From Eledone cirrhosa (Eukaryota), in assembly GCA_964016885.1 (NCBI GenBank), contig OZ024745.1, forward strand, positions 100,936,001-101,000,000: a stretch of 64,000 nt of DNA. Direction: 5' to 3'. The notes below the pieces were generated by a model that was given only the letters and a program-made list of their open reading frames with translations, was not told the origin of the DNA and did not search any database. A program made the translations under genes and the position numbers. Shown piece after piece: positions 23,556 to 38,420 of this stretch; position 1 is the stretch's first letter, and the number at the start of each line of letters is the position of its first letter.

Positions 23556-24540
23556 TACACTAGTGCAGTTAGATTTATCACACTAAGAGCGACTATGTTG
23601 AATCTTACCAATTTTCAAATTCACTAATGTTATTTTCACAGTGATTTTTGTTTAAATTCCTAGCGGAGGAATAATTTTTGCCTCCTCTTTAGTTCACAGA
23701 ACTTTCGCTCGAACAGAATATTACTTTTCGTGTCACCGAAAACGAAGATTTTAAGTTTGCAGTTAGTATAGCATCTTAAATCCTCCCCAAACATTTCTTG
23801 CTTGTGTTATTCCTGATGACAGTTGAGCATCTTTAGTAGATAAGATAAAATGAAACATTAAGTTTACGATTTGTATAACCAGACGTCATTGTAACAGATG
23901 ACTGCTATTTTCACCAACTAAACGACAATTTCAAATCTAGATTATTTAGCTGATCCAAGTCATATAATTTTATATACATTACATCAATCGCATAAACCCG
24001 GTGAATCCTGTAGAGGCGGATACTAGGGTTTGAAATGGAAACATGTAATTTGCTCACCACCAGACGTCTCTAAGAGAGAAATACAACGAAAAACAAAAAA
24101 AGAGGAAAGTATTTTATTTTGTGTTTTATGAATTTCGTTTAATAAATAAGTAGTATGAAAAGACATGAGTCATATACAGGGTTAATAATGTAATTACAAA
24201 CTCACTAGGGAAAATATTATCAAAGCATAGCTTTAAAAGAGGCGTAGATTTGATGTCTATTTTTCATGCTGTGTGTGGGCTTGTGGCATTAATTCTAATA
24301 TAAAATAATGAACTGACTACATCAGTAAATTAGACATAAATGTCGGTGCGATATACAGAGAGAAGGAACTCCACTGTTAGAAAGTTATAAACTTAAAAGG
24401 AAAAGTATGATGAAGAATATAATATATACTTGTGTGGTTTGTAGATCTGTTGGGCAGACAATGGGTTTACACGAACAACGTGTGTGTTTCGAGGCTGGTA
24501 AATTTACACCAAGCAAGTGCTTTATTTGGGTAGTTGCGTG

Positions 24541-24655
<115 letters not shown>

Positions 24656-24671
24656 TAAAATAACAGATTAA

Positions 24672-24722
24672 AGTTTAAGCAAAGAATCGCTGCTTTCACT
24701 CTTAACGGGATCTTCTGAAACT
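24672..24722 (-). ncRNA. Type I hammerhead-like motif with CAGAAGA core (family C)
   Basis: Minus strand AGTTT CAGAAGA TCCCGTTAAGAGT GAAA GCA-loop-TGC TT AAACT; homologous to 60820-60870 and 50463-50510. Confidence 0.6.
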
Positions 24723-24759
24723 AAACATTTTAGTCTTCAAATTTATTATTATTACTATA

Positions 24760-24836
<77 letters not shown>

Positions 24837-24930
24837 ATGTATATGTATATGTATATATATGAAACTAATAAACCTAAAACTAATAAACCTTTGTTTGTAC
24901 TACCTCTCTCTTTTGTTCCCGTTCCATTTT

Positions 24931-24998
<68 letters not shown>

Positions 24999-25130
24999 TA
25001 AATCCACCAATTAATGGTAGGGTCTAAGCCGTATGAAGAACTCAATGTAATCCGTATGTAGAAGATGTCGTGCAACAAAGTTTAAATACAAAATTTTCAA
25101 CCATGTAATTCATTGGATACAGAGTCAAAA

Positions 25131-25475
25131 ATACAAATAGTGAAAACAATGAAATTAAACAAAAAACGGTTAATTCAGAGTAAAATTCATTATTTTACGA
25201 TCGTTTCTGGGGGGTAGTCCCCCGTATGTCCATTCTATTATGGATCTATGTAAAATATATTACAAAATATCATAGTAAGAAAATATACATACGTCTTCAA
25301 GACGGCGGGTAGTGAAGTCGTATGTATATTTTCTTACCATGATATTTTGTAATATATTTTACATAGATCAATAATAGAATGGACATACTGGGAACTAACC
25401 CCAGAAACGATCGTTAAATAATGAGTTTTACTATGAATTAACCGTTTTTTGTTTAATTTCATTGTTTTCACTATT

Positions 25476-25480
<5 letters not shown>
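25131..25480. repeat. Long inverted repeat (~169 bp arms, 13 nt loop), probable inverted pLTR pair
   Basis: 25131-25299 pairs with 25313-25480 with scattered mismatches. Each arm has a GC hairpin followed by GAAACGATCGT(A/T). (TA)n flanks. Confidence 0.85.
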
Positions 25481-25534
<54 letters not shown>

Positions 25535-25537
<3 letters not shown>

Positions 25538-25756
25538 AAAGGTAAACAGAAATAACAACACAATCGGTACAGTATATGGAAGGTATATATTAGGTTAACG
25601 CTTGATATAGCAGGAAGAGGGTCTTAACGTTGCGGGCGCTAGTCCTTCATCAGAAGAAAGAATGAGAAATAAAATAGATTAAGGGGACGGGCGGGATGGA
25701 ATTGGAAAAAATGTCTTTAGATAAAAATAATAGGTCCATTCATGTTGAGATCTCTT
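25535..25756 (-). mobile_element. Solo pLTR-like element (family B) with mutated hammerhead at 25622-25657
   Basis: Reverse complement matches 41795-42015; contains TCTT CTGATGA AGGACTAGCGCCC GCAA CGT TA AGA. Confidence 0.7.
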
Positions 25757-25889
25757 GCAAAACTGTTGGTGCTGGCGTTTTGTGTGTGATTTGTTTTTTA
25801 GAAAAGTGGATTATGGCGCGCATCTACCTGAAATGGAAAAAAAAAACTTTTGTAAAAAGAGCTGTACTTGAGCACGTGCTTAAGCATGG

Positions 25890-26010
<121 letters not shown>

Positions 26011-27571
26011 TGCGTGTGTGTGTGTAAAAATGTTCAGTGTGAAAATTCCTCATGTTAATATTATATATACAACCATCTGTGTAGACGGTTTGTTTAAGTA
26101 TACAAATATAAAACATAATCTAACAGAACACGTAATTGACCAAGCAATAAAGTAGATATCATATGGAGGGTATCACAGCTTATCACCACTCATCAATTGA
26201 CAAATCAGTCAAGTAGCCATGTTAACAACCCAAGCGAAGAACTACTGTTGCAGAGGTTCGTCTTTATTTCGCCTGGTTGATTTAATGCACCACAGATATC
26301 AGAGTATCGAGTGGAAGAGCGGTTTTAATTGCCGTAACGAGGAGGAGGAGGAGGAGGAGGAGGAGGAGGAGGAGGGGGGTATAGAGATAAGATAAAGTTA
26401 CAGTGAAGGCGAAAAAATAAATACAAATAAAACCAATTCCGCTGAATTCTAATTAATATTTCAAGGGATTCCTAATGAATTTTGAACTGGAAAACCTTAG
26501 ATCTCGATGTCAATATTTAGCACCCTTACAGTGTACGGCAGTTTTAAGTTCTTCTTTGGTGTCAGATCTCTGCACTTAGGAGCTCAGAAGTCGTTTTATT
26601 TTATATTTTTGTCTTCTGTAATCAATGATATGACAGCTGTCTTTGTTCTGTTTGAGAACTCTGCTGGCATTTTCTCTTTTATAGAATCACACTTTAAAAT
26701 AAAAGCAATGTTCTACTTATTTCTTTCTGAATGATATTTGATAAGCTATATGGTGATAATACCAATACTACACGTTTAGTTCTTCTCGTGGTTCAGATAT
26801 ATTCAGCAACGCTGTTGTCATGAGGTTGATGGTATATATGTTAATATTGTTTATCCTGTTGTTCGCGTGATTTTTGCTACTTTATTCCATTCAAATTATT
26901 TAAACAAACGAGTTTAAGAGTTTGTGTAAATCCAGCCGTGTACTCAACAAAAATAGTAGATACGTCAGAAAATTACTTTCGGAATGTTATATTCGTAGTA
27001 AGTGTGCGTGAGTGTGTGCGTGGTTATGGCATAAGACAAATACCCCGTGGTGTTTTATTCGGCTTTCTGTGCTCTGAATTCAAACCTAACTGTAGCCTAT
27101 TTGGGTGGTAAATGTGACTCATGATTTATCTGGACTTCATTTTGTGTGCCTTGATTTTGTGTGCTTTTATCGGAGTCCAACTGTTGCAAGTATTCGAAAC
27201 ATGCCTCTAGTTTAAGGGTAATTTTTTTCTTCATCATCTAAAAATAAAGATAAATGCACGCACACTAACACTCATTTTGATATATAAATGAGAGAAAATC
27301 TATTCAATACATACGCTACTCAGATTTTCAGGCCATCTGCGATACATCAGGCAATAAAATTGTATGCACAGATATTTGTTATCTGGAAGATCACACACTG
27401 CGAGAAATTCTGCATCGTGACAGAGTGAATCATCAATTTCGCACGTGTGTGTCTGTGAAAGGTACGCAATAGATACGCTTATTGAGCAATTAAATATATA
27501 ATTACCAATACAGACATATTCTCTCTCCTTATATATATACATACATTATATATACATACATATACATATAT

Positions 27572-27651
<80 letters not shown>

Positions 27652-27694
27652 GTATATGTACGTATATATATATAACCTACGTTACACTCACTGG

Positions 27695-27726
<32 letters not shown>

Positions 27727-28889
27727 ATATATATATATATATAAATATATATTGTATATAAAGGAGAGAGAGATGCATTACGTAGCAGGGGAGTGGAAAA
27801 AGAGAGGTGGTTTAGGTAGGAGGTGAGCGGAAATGAGAGAGGCTGAAGGGTTAATTTACAGATGAATAACCAATTTAACAACTTTTATAATCTGACAATT
27901 TGTTATCACTGTAAATTGTTAGTTTAAAAGTCTTTTGTTAATATTGCTGTGTACTAGACTAATTGAAGTTGTACAAATCTATGATTTGTTTTTTCAATGT
28001 TTTTCAGTTTGTAGTATTTAATGTCAAAGAAATATATATTCGTACTTTACATTTATAAGTTTCTATCCCTCTGTTTATCTTCCCCATTTTCTTACTATCC
28101 CTTTCTCCTCCCATTTCTCTCAGTTGTTTTCACGTGACCTGCTTCTATTCAAGTCAAAGAAACTTGGTATATGTAATAAATACAGAAAAGAAAAAGAAAA
28201 TGGACTGTTTTGAAAGGAAATTAGCAATTTTCTGTTTTCTCAGAGCTGACCTGCATATAAAGTCAAGCAGCACTGAGTGCACATGTGAATTTGATGTCTC
28301 AGACAAGTTTGATACAGATCCAAATCATTGTCGAGATTTTTGTATTTTCTGTTAGATTATAAATGTTCTGAATGCTGTCGACATTTTAGTGAATGGGGTT
28401 ATTTAAGAAATTACAAAGACCTCAACGGACGGGGAACAAGAACAAAGTATCCTGAATGTAGGACAGGAAACCAAATTATGAATTATACAAACAAAAGTCT
28501 CATCAATTATTCATATGACAGCACGCAATAGAAACAAAACATTTCCGTAGAAGTTTTCAAATAATTCTATATTAACCCTACTAAACATGACAGTCACCAA
28601 TTCCAACAAGAAAAGACTAACATGTACACTGAAAGGACTCCAATCAAATATCAGAGCGCATGCTTTTTGTTTTCTTTTTGTTTTACCGTTTAATGAGGGA
28701 GAGAAGGGCATCGTCCGAGAAATTGTTATTAAGGACTCCGAAACTGGCGGAGAGAATATTATTAAACTAGAGATCTGACCTGAATGTTTGCAAGAGAATG
28801 AAATCGGCAATACAGGTATAAAACTGCACAAAACATAACATATACTTAGCTACCACATCAAGACATAAAATATCGGCGTATAGTTCGTA

Positions 28890-30748
28890 CTATCCCTTAG
28901 GGTATAATGTGGGGCTGTAATACAGGAAAGTTTTGTGCAATTTATGTTTACAAGCCGAAATTGCCTCAGATTTTTTTGTTTAAGATGTGGTCTTTGGCGT
29001 AGAGTATTTCCAGGGCCTCAGCGGCGCAGAGGTCACATGGTCTTTTATTTTCGTTATACGATCTAGCCCTAGCTAGGATCTCCCAGTGTAACTTATATTG
29101 AGTGTCGTTGTCTTTTAGACTCCAGATATAAGCTGAAAGTGATGTCATATTCCTTCTTAAAGGGTTAAGAAGAGAATGGGTATGCATGTAAAGACGCTGC
29201 TTGAATCTATTGGCGGTTAACCCCATGTAGGCCCTACAGGACGTGGGTGTTTCAACCTTACATTTGTAGACAATGTTACTAGAGAGGCATTTCCCGGATA
29301 GGGGGCAGTCAACCCGATTCCTACAATTACAGTTAGTACTAGCTACAGGGTTGCACGTGTTCCTACGCCTAGGTAGTTTAGCTAAATTTGAAACTGTGAT
29401 GTTATATGCAAGGTTAGGAGTCGTAGAGTAAGAAATTTTAATGGTATTTCTATTAAAAATGTTATATTTATGTGCTGGGGGAAATGCTTCACAATAAGGG
29501 AGAGAAAGATCTTAGCTAATGGTGTGGCCACCTCCATGTTATATGGTGGGTTGTACCATATAATGCGTCGCGATCTATTTTTCATAGGCTTATTCTCGTA
29601 CTTTGTATATGCTACCTTATCGACAAATCCCCTCCGAGCAAGAGCTTCATTGTAATATGTGGAATGGTCGTTGAAAATATGCTCGTTAGTAGATAGACGG
29701 GAAAGCCTCCAAGAAACGTTTCTTACCAGGTTCTTGGTTATGCTGGCAGGATGGTTAGAATGCTTACTTATGTAATTAAGCGTATCATTCGACTTTCTAT
29801 ACGGGTAGTGCAAGCCATTCGACAAATTGAGGGTAACGTCGAGGTAATTAACGACCGAGAGGTTGGCGTCAAAAGACCGTCATCACGGTAGAAACCATCG
29901 CCCACGTTGGGGAATTCTTCCTTGATAGAGAAAAGAAGGAAAAGGCCGATAAGATCAGTAACCTCCGCAGAATCTCTGGCGCCCATACTCACGTCGAATA
30001 GGGTACTATTAGATTTTTTAATCCAAATAGAGTCGTCGAAATTAATCACCGACTTACGGGCATTGAGGATGACATCAGCTTCGAAATCCTTAACCACTGT
30101 GAGTGTTTTAGCCAAATTGATAGCTCTAAGGAGAAGTGGTAAAGTGATGGAAGAGTAGTAATTATTGATGTCGAATTGGATAAAACGGCAATATTCCTTG
30201 TTGCATATACCGTTGAACCAATCAATCACCGCGAAAGAATTGTTCCACAGTGCAAGAGGGGCCAAACTTCTAATTTCAGGTATAATTCTATCTAAAATCC
30301 TTTTACTAAGTCTACCTAAATCGGACTTCGTAGGGTTAATAAGCCGAATAGAGGGGTTGTTCGGGAAATTGGATTTGTGATCCTTCAGGGTAAAGTGGGG
30401 AGAAATAGGGTCGAGAGGTTCAGTCCGCTCCAGGATGTTGATATCGGAGGTGATTTTAAACCCAGCATCGTTGATTTCATTAATGACGCTCCGATTAGTT
30501 TTACAGTAATCCTTAGTTACAGTATTATGTAGCAGTTGATGGTAAGTACTGCGCTCCACTTGATATAGATTGCCAGTTTTGTCGGAGTGGACGTGCACGG
30601 CATTAGAATCCTTAATAGAACGAATTCTATTCTTCAGGTCCTGGAAGGGATTGCTCCTATTCCGAAATTTGATACTCCGTATGAGTTCCAAGATATCATT
30701 TTCGAAGGGTATCAATGCTGGGTTACTCGGAGGGTTGTTATAGCTCAA
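28890..30748 (-). pseudogene. Penelope-like retroelement (Naiad-like) RT plus GIY-YIG, frameshifted and internally deleted
   Basis: ORF pieces 29768-30748 (SDKTGN, RLINP, FIQFDINNYYSSI, VSMGA.DSAE..DL.G, FYRDDGL), 29382-29825 (PYRK..YI...SNHP, IIWYNPPY), linker CNCRNRVDCPLSGKCL..IVYKC, GIY-YIG YMGLT..FKQR..H..LS.YIWSLK..CDLC..E..LNKK/SEAISACKH. Stop at 28890-28892 after an A-run frameshift. Confidence 0.9.
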
Positions 30749-30831
30749 TGATGAATGAATTAATTAAATAATCAACAATCAGAGCAATATACAATAAAGT
30801 CCATAGAATCATTTGATAAAATATATACACC

Positions 30832-30868
<37 letters not shown>

Positions 30869-31046
30869 CTTTAAGTGGTTGATGGCTGAGGGAAAAGTGT
30901 ACTCAGTACTGAAATTGAGTTTAAAATATATATATATATATACACACACACACATCCACACACAATTTAATGCTTATCATCATCATCATTGCTTAAGGTC
31001 CATCTTCCACGCTAGCATGGGTTAGACGGTTTTATTCCATTTGATG

Positions 31047-31193
31047 CGGGATTGGTCGGGACCCAACGGCTGAGCTCTTGCCGTTTCAACAGCTAGATCC
31101 ATACTAATATAGTCACACTGTACGACCCCAAGTATCGAGTACTGGGTTGAGCAATGGACTGACTAGGTTTTAAACTGATTCTATCCTGATTCA
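31047..31193 (+). mobile_element. Divergent relative of the 4105/8578 fold-back family, with one arm only
   Basis: ACGGCTGAGCTCTTGCCGTTTC arm followed by a tail with AGTATCGAGTACT and then (TA)n. Confidence 0.55.
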
Positions 31194-31207
31194 TATATAT
31201 ATATATA

Positions 31208-31535
31208 TCATCATCATCATCATCATCATCATCATTTTACGTCCGCTTTTCCCTGCTTGCAAAGGTTGGACGGGTCCTATTCAGCACAGCATCTCTCCAC
31301 CCGTCACGGTCCTTCGTCATCTCCTCGGTGAGTTTCAGCGATCTGAGGTCCGCTCTCACCACCTCCGCCCATGTTTTTCGTGGTCTACCTCTACTGCATC
31401 TTCCCTCCACTGGGACTTCTGGCACTTCTTCACCCAGCGGTCATCCTCCATGCGCATCACATGTCGATACCATCTCGGCCTTCTCTCCTGCACACCACAA
31501 CTTATCCCTCTTATACCCAGTTTCTTTCTCAACTC
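31208..31535 (-). mobile_element. RTE-clade LINE 3' fragment with (ATG)n tail
   Basis: ELRKKLGI..I...VQERR.RWY.HVMRM....WVKK / VEG..SRGRPRKTW.EVV..DL....MTKDRDGW; (CAT)n at 31208-31235 on the plus strand. Confidence 0.85.
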
Positions 31536-31954
31536 GTCTATGTATGTATATATATATATGTATTTAAATAATACATAGATGTATGCATATGTATAATTGA
31601 CTGTGCGTATGTATATATGCGCAGGGGTGTGTATGCTCTGTGTAAGAATACAACACATTCCAAACAATTGCTATAAACACTCACGTATATGTGTGTTTAT
31701 TTTATGTCGGAGATTATTTATTTTCTTACCAATTCTATTTGTGTATTTACTAAGCAATTCTATTTGTGTGTCTGATTGTCTCTGTTAATGTGAACATGTA
31801 TACTTGTTGTGTTTGTGTAAGCCAATGAAAGAAATAGAAATAGCGAGATATAGAGAGAAAGGGGTGAAAATATGAAAGTATCAGAGAGGAAGAAGAAGGG
31901 GGGGTGAAAGCGATAGAGAGAGTAGAAAGAAAAGAGAGAATTGACTAGAAGCAA

Positions 31955-32065
<111 letters not shown>

Positions 32066-33543
32066 TATAAAATAAAGAAGTGTGAGAAGAATAACAGAGG
32101 TAATAAGGTGGGTGGGTTCATCATTATATACCTACCTCCTATAGAGAAAACTATTTCGAAGTCTTTTTTCCTCATTTCTCATTTACACCGTCGAATTGCC
32201 TGCTTGCCCCTGTTCTGGTCCCTACAGAGCAAAACACCTCTCTATGATGCGTTACGCTCAATTTCCTGCAACTCTCCCCACCACCACAACCATCACCTCT
32301 ATCAGTACCATCTACTCACACACAACAAACTCTTCGTTTATTTCCTCTCACCTCCTTCTCCGCCTCCTCCCCCTCCTCCTTTTCCTTTCTAGCTTTCTCT
32401 ATGTTCAGACCATATGGTTTGATATTCAACGTTATATATGTATGTAGATTGACTGAGTGACACTCTTTCACGTAATAAATATAAATTATTTGCAGACATA
32501 TGATCAATGGCATTCTAGCTGCGACCAACCTATCTTTTTCTTATATGTAGGGAACCTAGAACTACATTACCCAATGTGTCCTTTTCTAAAATGGTAGGTT
32601 GCGATTTGAAGGAGATCTGGTTGTTATTTCTAGCAGGTCGAGATATTATGTAAAGACTCCTTTGTGTTGGGGATTGACTGAACCTGAAGAGGATGGGGAA
32701 AATGCGTTGCAGTTTTTAGTTACATTCCTTTATGGTCTTTGTTGAAATACTTTCGAGGCCATTTTTGGTTTTCATCATTTTTGTTTAGCACTAACAGAAC
32801 AGATGACATAAAATCAAAAATATTCCTTCCATAACCATCCCAACCTTTTATATACCCCGAACTACATGAATCCTTCCTTTCTTAAGACAAAGTATGATTT
32901 GAAGGAGACCTGGCTGCTATTTTCAGCAGGTTCAGAGACAATTTTTAGGCTGTTTCGTTGCCTTGTTTTTTTTATTGCTAAGGGAGGCGAATTACAAACA
33001 TATATTGGGGAAGCCTATGTTAGACATCATTAACAAAAGGGACGATGGATCAGCCATACCGCTCTTCGACAAGTTCTTTCGCCATTACTTTGGCAGAATA
33101 TTTACTGTGCTGGAGGACGTAATGCCATGCGGCATGGCAAAACCATTACAGAGAGCTGGAAAAAAAAAGATCAGGCAGTGTATTAAACATGTCCCTTTAT
33201 GTTTTAATCCACTATTCTATAGTAGTCAACTCGGCTTGTTATTCTTCTTAGTTCGATTAAACAAATATCGATTTAATGAACTGATATGAATGGCCTTGAA
33301 CATTTTTAAGAAACACGTATTGCTTTGAGACAATGATGGAGCTTCTACGTGGTCGCTCGACCTGCTAGAAATAGCAATAAAATTTCCCTCAAATCAAAAT
33401 CTACCATCTTTAACAATAAGAAATATAGACTGAACATTCGCCTTGGCCATTGATCTGTGGCTAAAAAGATTATTATTGCTTTTGCTTGTTAGTCGAGGAA
33501 CACCGTTACTCATTTTTAGTACGAACATTCGAATCCTATTCAA

Positions 33544-36500
33544 GCCTGCGTACACGCACAACCTCATATGAAAACACACACGCCTGCGTACACACACAAC
33601 CTCTTATGATAACGCACACGCCTGCGTACAAACACAACCTCATATGAAAACACACACGCCTGCGTACACACACAACCTCTTATGAAAACACACACGCCTG
33701 CGTACAAACACACAACCTCATATGAAAACACACACGCCTGCGTACACACAGAACCTCATATGAAAACATACACGCCTGCGTACACACACAACCTCATATG
33801 AAAACACACACGCCTGCGTATACACACAGACTCATATGAAAACACACACGCCTGCGTACACAAACAGACTCATATGAAAACACACACGCCTGCGTACACA
33901 CACAACCTCATATGAAAACACACACGCCTGCGTACATACACAGACTCATATGAAAACACACACGCCTGCGTACACAAACAGACTCATATGAAAACACACA
34001 CACCTGCTTACACACACAACTTCATATGAAGACACACACGCCTGCGTAAACACACAACCTCTTATGATAACACACACGCCTGCGTAAACACACAACCTCA
34101 TATGAAGACATACACGCCTGCGTACACACACAACCTCATATGAAAACACACACGCCTGCGTACACACACAGACTCATATGAAAACACACACGCCTGCGTA
34201 CACACACAGACTCATATGAAAACACACACGCCTGCGTACACACACAGACTCATATGAAAACACACATGCCTGCGTACACACACAACCTCATATGAAAACA
34301 CACACGCCTGCGTACACACACAACCTTATATGAAAACACCTACGCTTGCGTACACATACAGACTCATATGAAAACACACACGCCTGCGTACACACACAGA
34401 CTCATATGAAAACACACACGCCTGCGTACACACACAGACTCATATGAAAACACACACGCCTGCGTACACACACAACCTCATATGAAAACACACACGCCTG
34501 CGTACATACACAGACTCATATGAAAACACACACGCCTGCGTACACACACAGACTCATATGAAAACACACACACCTGCTTACACACACAACTTCATATGAA
34601 AACACACACGCCTGCGTACACACACAACCTCTTATGATAACACACACGCCTGCGTACACACACAACCTCATAGGAAAACATACACGCCTGCGTACACACA
34701 ACCTCATATGAAAACATACACGCCTGCGTACAAACACAACCTCATATGAAAACACACACGCCTGCGTACACACACAACCTCTTATGAAAACACACACGCC
34801 TGCGTACAAACACACAACCTCATATGAAAACACACACGCCTGAGTACACACACAACCTCATATGAAAACACACACGCCTGCGTACACACACAATCTCTTA
34901 TGATAACACACACGCCTGCGTACACACACAACCTTATATGAAAACACACACGCCTGCGTACACACACAACCTCATATGAAAACACACACGCCTGCGTACA
35001 CACACAGACTCATATGAAAACACACACGCCTGCTTACACACAACCTCATATGAAAACATACACGCCTGCGTACACACACAACTTCATATGAAAACACACA
35101 CGCCTGCGTACACACACAGACTCATATGAAAACACACACGCCTGCGTACACACACAGACTCATATGAAAACACACACGCCTGCGTACACACACAGACTCA
35201 TATGAAAACACACACGCCTGCGTACACACACAGACTCATATGAAAACACACACGCCTGCGTACACTCACAACCTGATATGAAAACACACACGCCTGCGTA
35301 CACACACAGACTCATATGAAAACACACACGCCTGCGTACACACACAACCTCATATGAAAACACACACGCCTGCATACACATACAGACTCATATGAAAACA
35401 CACACGCCTGCGTACACACACAACCTCATATGAAAACACACACGCCTGCGTACACACACAGACTCATATGAAAACACACACGCCTGCGTACACACACAGA
35501 CTCATATGAAAACACACACGCCTGCGTACACACACAGACTCATATGAAAACACACATGCCTGCGTACACACACAACCTCATATGAAAACACACACGCCTG
35601 CGTACACACACAACCTTATATGAAAACACCTACGCTTGCGTACACATACAGACTCATATGAAAACACACACGCCTGCGTACACACACAGACTCATATGAA
35701 AACACACACGCCTGCGTACACACACAGACTCATATGAAAACACACACGCCTGCGTACACACACAACCTGATATGAAAACACACACGCCTGCGTACACACA
35801 CAGACTCATATGAAAACACACATGCCTGCGTACACACACAACCTCATATGAAAACACACACGCCTGCGTACACATACAGACTCATATGAAAACACACACG
35901 CCTGCGTACACACACAACCTGATATGAAAACACACACGCCTGCGTACACATACAGACTCATATGAAAACACACACGCCTGCGTACACACACAACCTCATA
36001 TGAAAACACACACGCCTGCGTACACACACAGACTCATATGAAAACACACACGCCTGCGTACACACACAGACTCATATGAAAACACACACGCCTGCGTACA
36101 CTCACAGACTCATATGAAAACACACATGCCTGCGTACACACACAACCTCATATGAAAACACACACGCCTGCGTACACACACAACCTTATATGAAAACACA
36201 CACGCTTGCGTACACATACAGACTCATATGAAAACACACACGCCTGCGTACACACACAGACTCATATGAAAACACACACGCCTGCGTACACACACAGACT
36301 CATATGAAAACACACACGCCTGCGTACACACACAACCTGATATGAAAACACACACGCCTGCGTACACACACAGACTCATATGAAAACACACATGCCTGCG
36401 TACACACACAACCTCATATGAAAACACACACGCCTGCGTACACTTACAGACTCATATGAAAACACACACGCCTGCGTACACACACAACCTCATATGAAAA

Positions 36501-36787
36501 CACACACGCCTGCGTACACATACAGACTCATATGAAAACACACACGCCTGCGTACACACACAACCTCATATGAAAACACACACGCCTGCGTACACACACA
36601 GACTCATATGAAAACACACACGCCTGCGTACACACACAGACTCATATGAAAACACAGACGCCTGCGTACACATACAGCCTCATATGAAAACACACACGCC
36701 TGCGTACACACACAACCTCATATGAAAACACACACGCCTGCGTACACATACAGACTCATATGAAAACACACACACCTGCGTACACAT
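33544..36787. repeat. 38 bp tandem satellite, about 85 copies
   Basis: Unit CTCATATGAAAACACACACGCCTGCGTACACACACA(AC/GA); no unique spacers. Confidence 0.97.
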
Positions 36788-37039
36788 AAACGTAGACAAA
36801 AAATATATAGGTTTACGTAAGGCAAGAGTTTAACGATGAGTTATAAATCCATACACGACTTCCCATTCTTCCTTTCTCTCACTCACGCACGTACACACAC
36901 ACACACATACACACATACAAACACATAAACATACACACACATAAACATACACACACACACACACAAACAGAGAGAGAGAGGGGGGAGAAGAATGCAAACG
37001 TATTTTATTTTGTTATTTGTATGTTTTTTGCGTTTTTTT

Positions 37040-38420
37040 TACTATCATCATGATCACAAACATCACCACCATCGTCATCATCATCCAACTTCTCATTACC
37101 ACCAAACACCACCACCACCACCACCACCATGATCACATTCACAATCAGTGGTACCACGACGACGACTACCACCACCGCCACCACCACCACCATCACTGCC
37201 ACCACCGCCGCCGCCACCACCACTATGACTACCATCACCGCCGCCGCCACCATGATCACCCTCATCATCAATGGCACCACCACCACCACCACCACCACCA
37301 TGATCATCCTCATCATCAATGGTACCACCACCAACATCGCCACCACTACCACCACCGCCAGCACCACCAACAACTCCACCACCACCACCACCACCACCAC
37401 GACTACCATCACCACCACCGCCACCACGATCGCCCTCATCATCAATGGTACCACCACCACCACCATGATCGCCCTCATCAACAATGGTACCACCACCACA
37501 CCCCCACCACCACCGCCTCCACCACCACCAACACCACGATCGCCCTCATCAACAATGGTACCACCACCACACCCCCACCACCACCGCCTCCACCACCACC
37601 ACCACCACGAACGATCGCCCTCATCAACAATGGTACCACCACCACCACCACCACCACCACCACTACCACGATCACCCTCATCATCAATGGCACCACCACC
37701 ACCACCACCACCACCACCACCACCACTACCACGATCACCCTCATCATCAATGGTACCACCACCACCACCACCACGATCGCCCTCATCATCAATGGTACCA
37801 CCACCACCACCACCACCACCCTCATCATCAATGGTACCACCACCACCACCACCACGATCGCCCTCATCATCAATGGTACCACCACCACCACCACCACGAT
37901 CGCCCTCATCATCAATGGTACCACCACCACCACCACCACGATCGCCCTCATCATCAATGGTACCACCACCACCACCACGATCGCCCTCATCATCAATGGT
38001 ACCACCACCACCACCACCACCACCACCACCACCACCCTCATCATCAATGGTACCACCACCACCACCACCACGATCGCCCTCATCATCAATGGTACCACCA
38101 CCACCACCACCACGATCGCCCTCATCATCAATGGTACCACCACCACCACCACCACCATCACGATCGCCCTCATCATCAATGGCACCACCACCACCACCAC
38201 GATCGCCCTCATCATCAATGGCACCACCACCACCACCACGATCATCCTCATCATCAATGGCACCACCACCACCACCACCACCACGATCATCCTCATCATC
38301 AATGGCACCACCACCGCCTCCACCGCCTCCACCACCACGATCGCCCTCATCATCAATGGTAACACCACCACCACCACCACCACCACCACCACCGCCTCCA
38401 CCACCACCACCACCCTCACA
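37040..38420. repeat. Compound (CAC)n-based minisatellite
   Basis: (ACC)n tracts punctuated by ACGATCGCCCTCATCATCAATGGT; explains the long His/Thr/Pro/Val ORFs. Confidence 0.95.

Noticed and set aside
23806-23860. CTGATGA...GAAA spacing (similar cases near 5786 and 12120)
   Set aside because: No supporting stems; chance matches.
28890-29345. Selenocysteine recoding, reported for some Naiad elements
   Set aside because: The conserved cysteines I checked in the linker and GIY-YIG region are TGT/TGC, not TGA, and no SECIS was recognised.
33544-36787. CRISPR-like array (38 bp period)
   Set aside because: No unique spacers, no cas genes, eukaryotic context; plain satellite.
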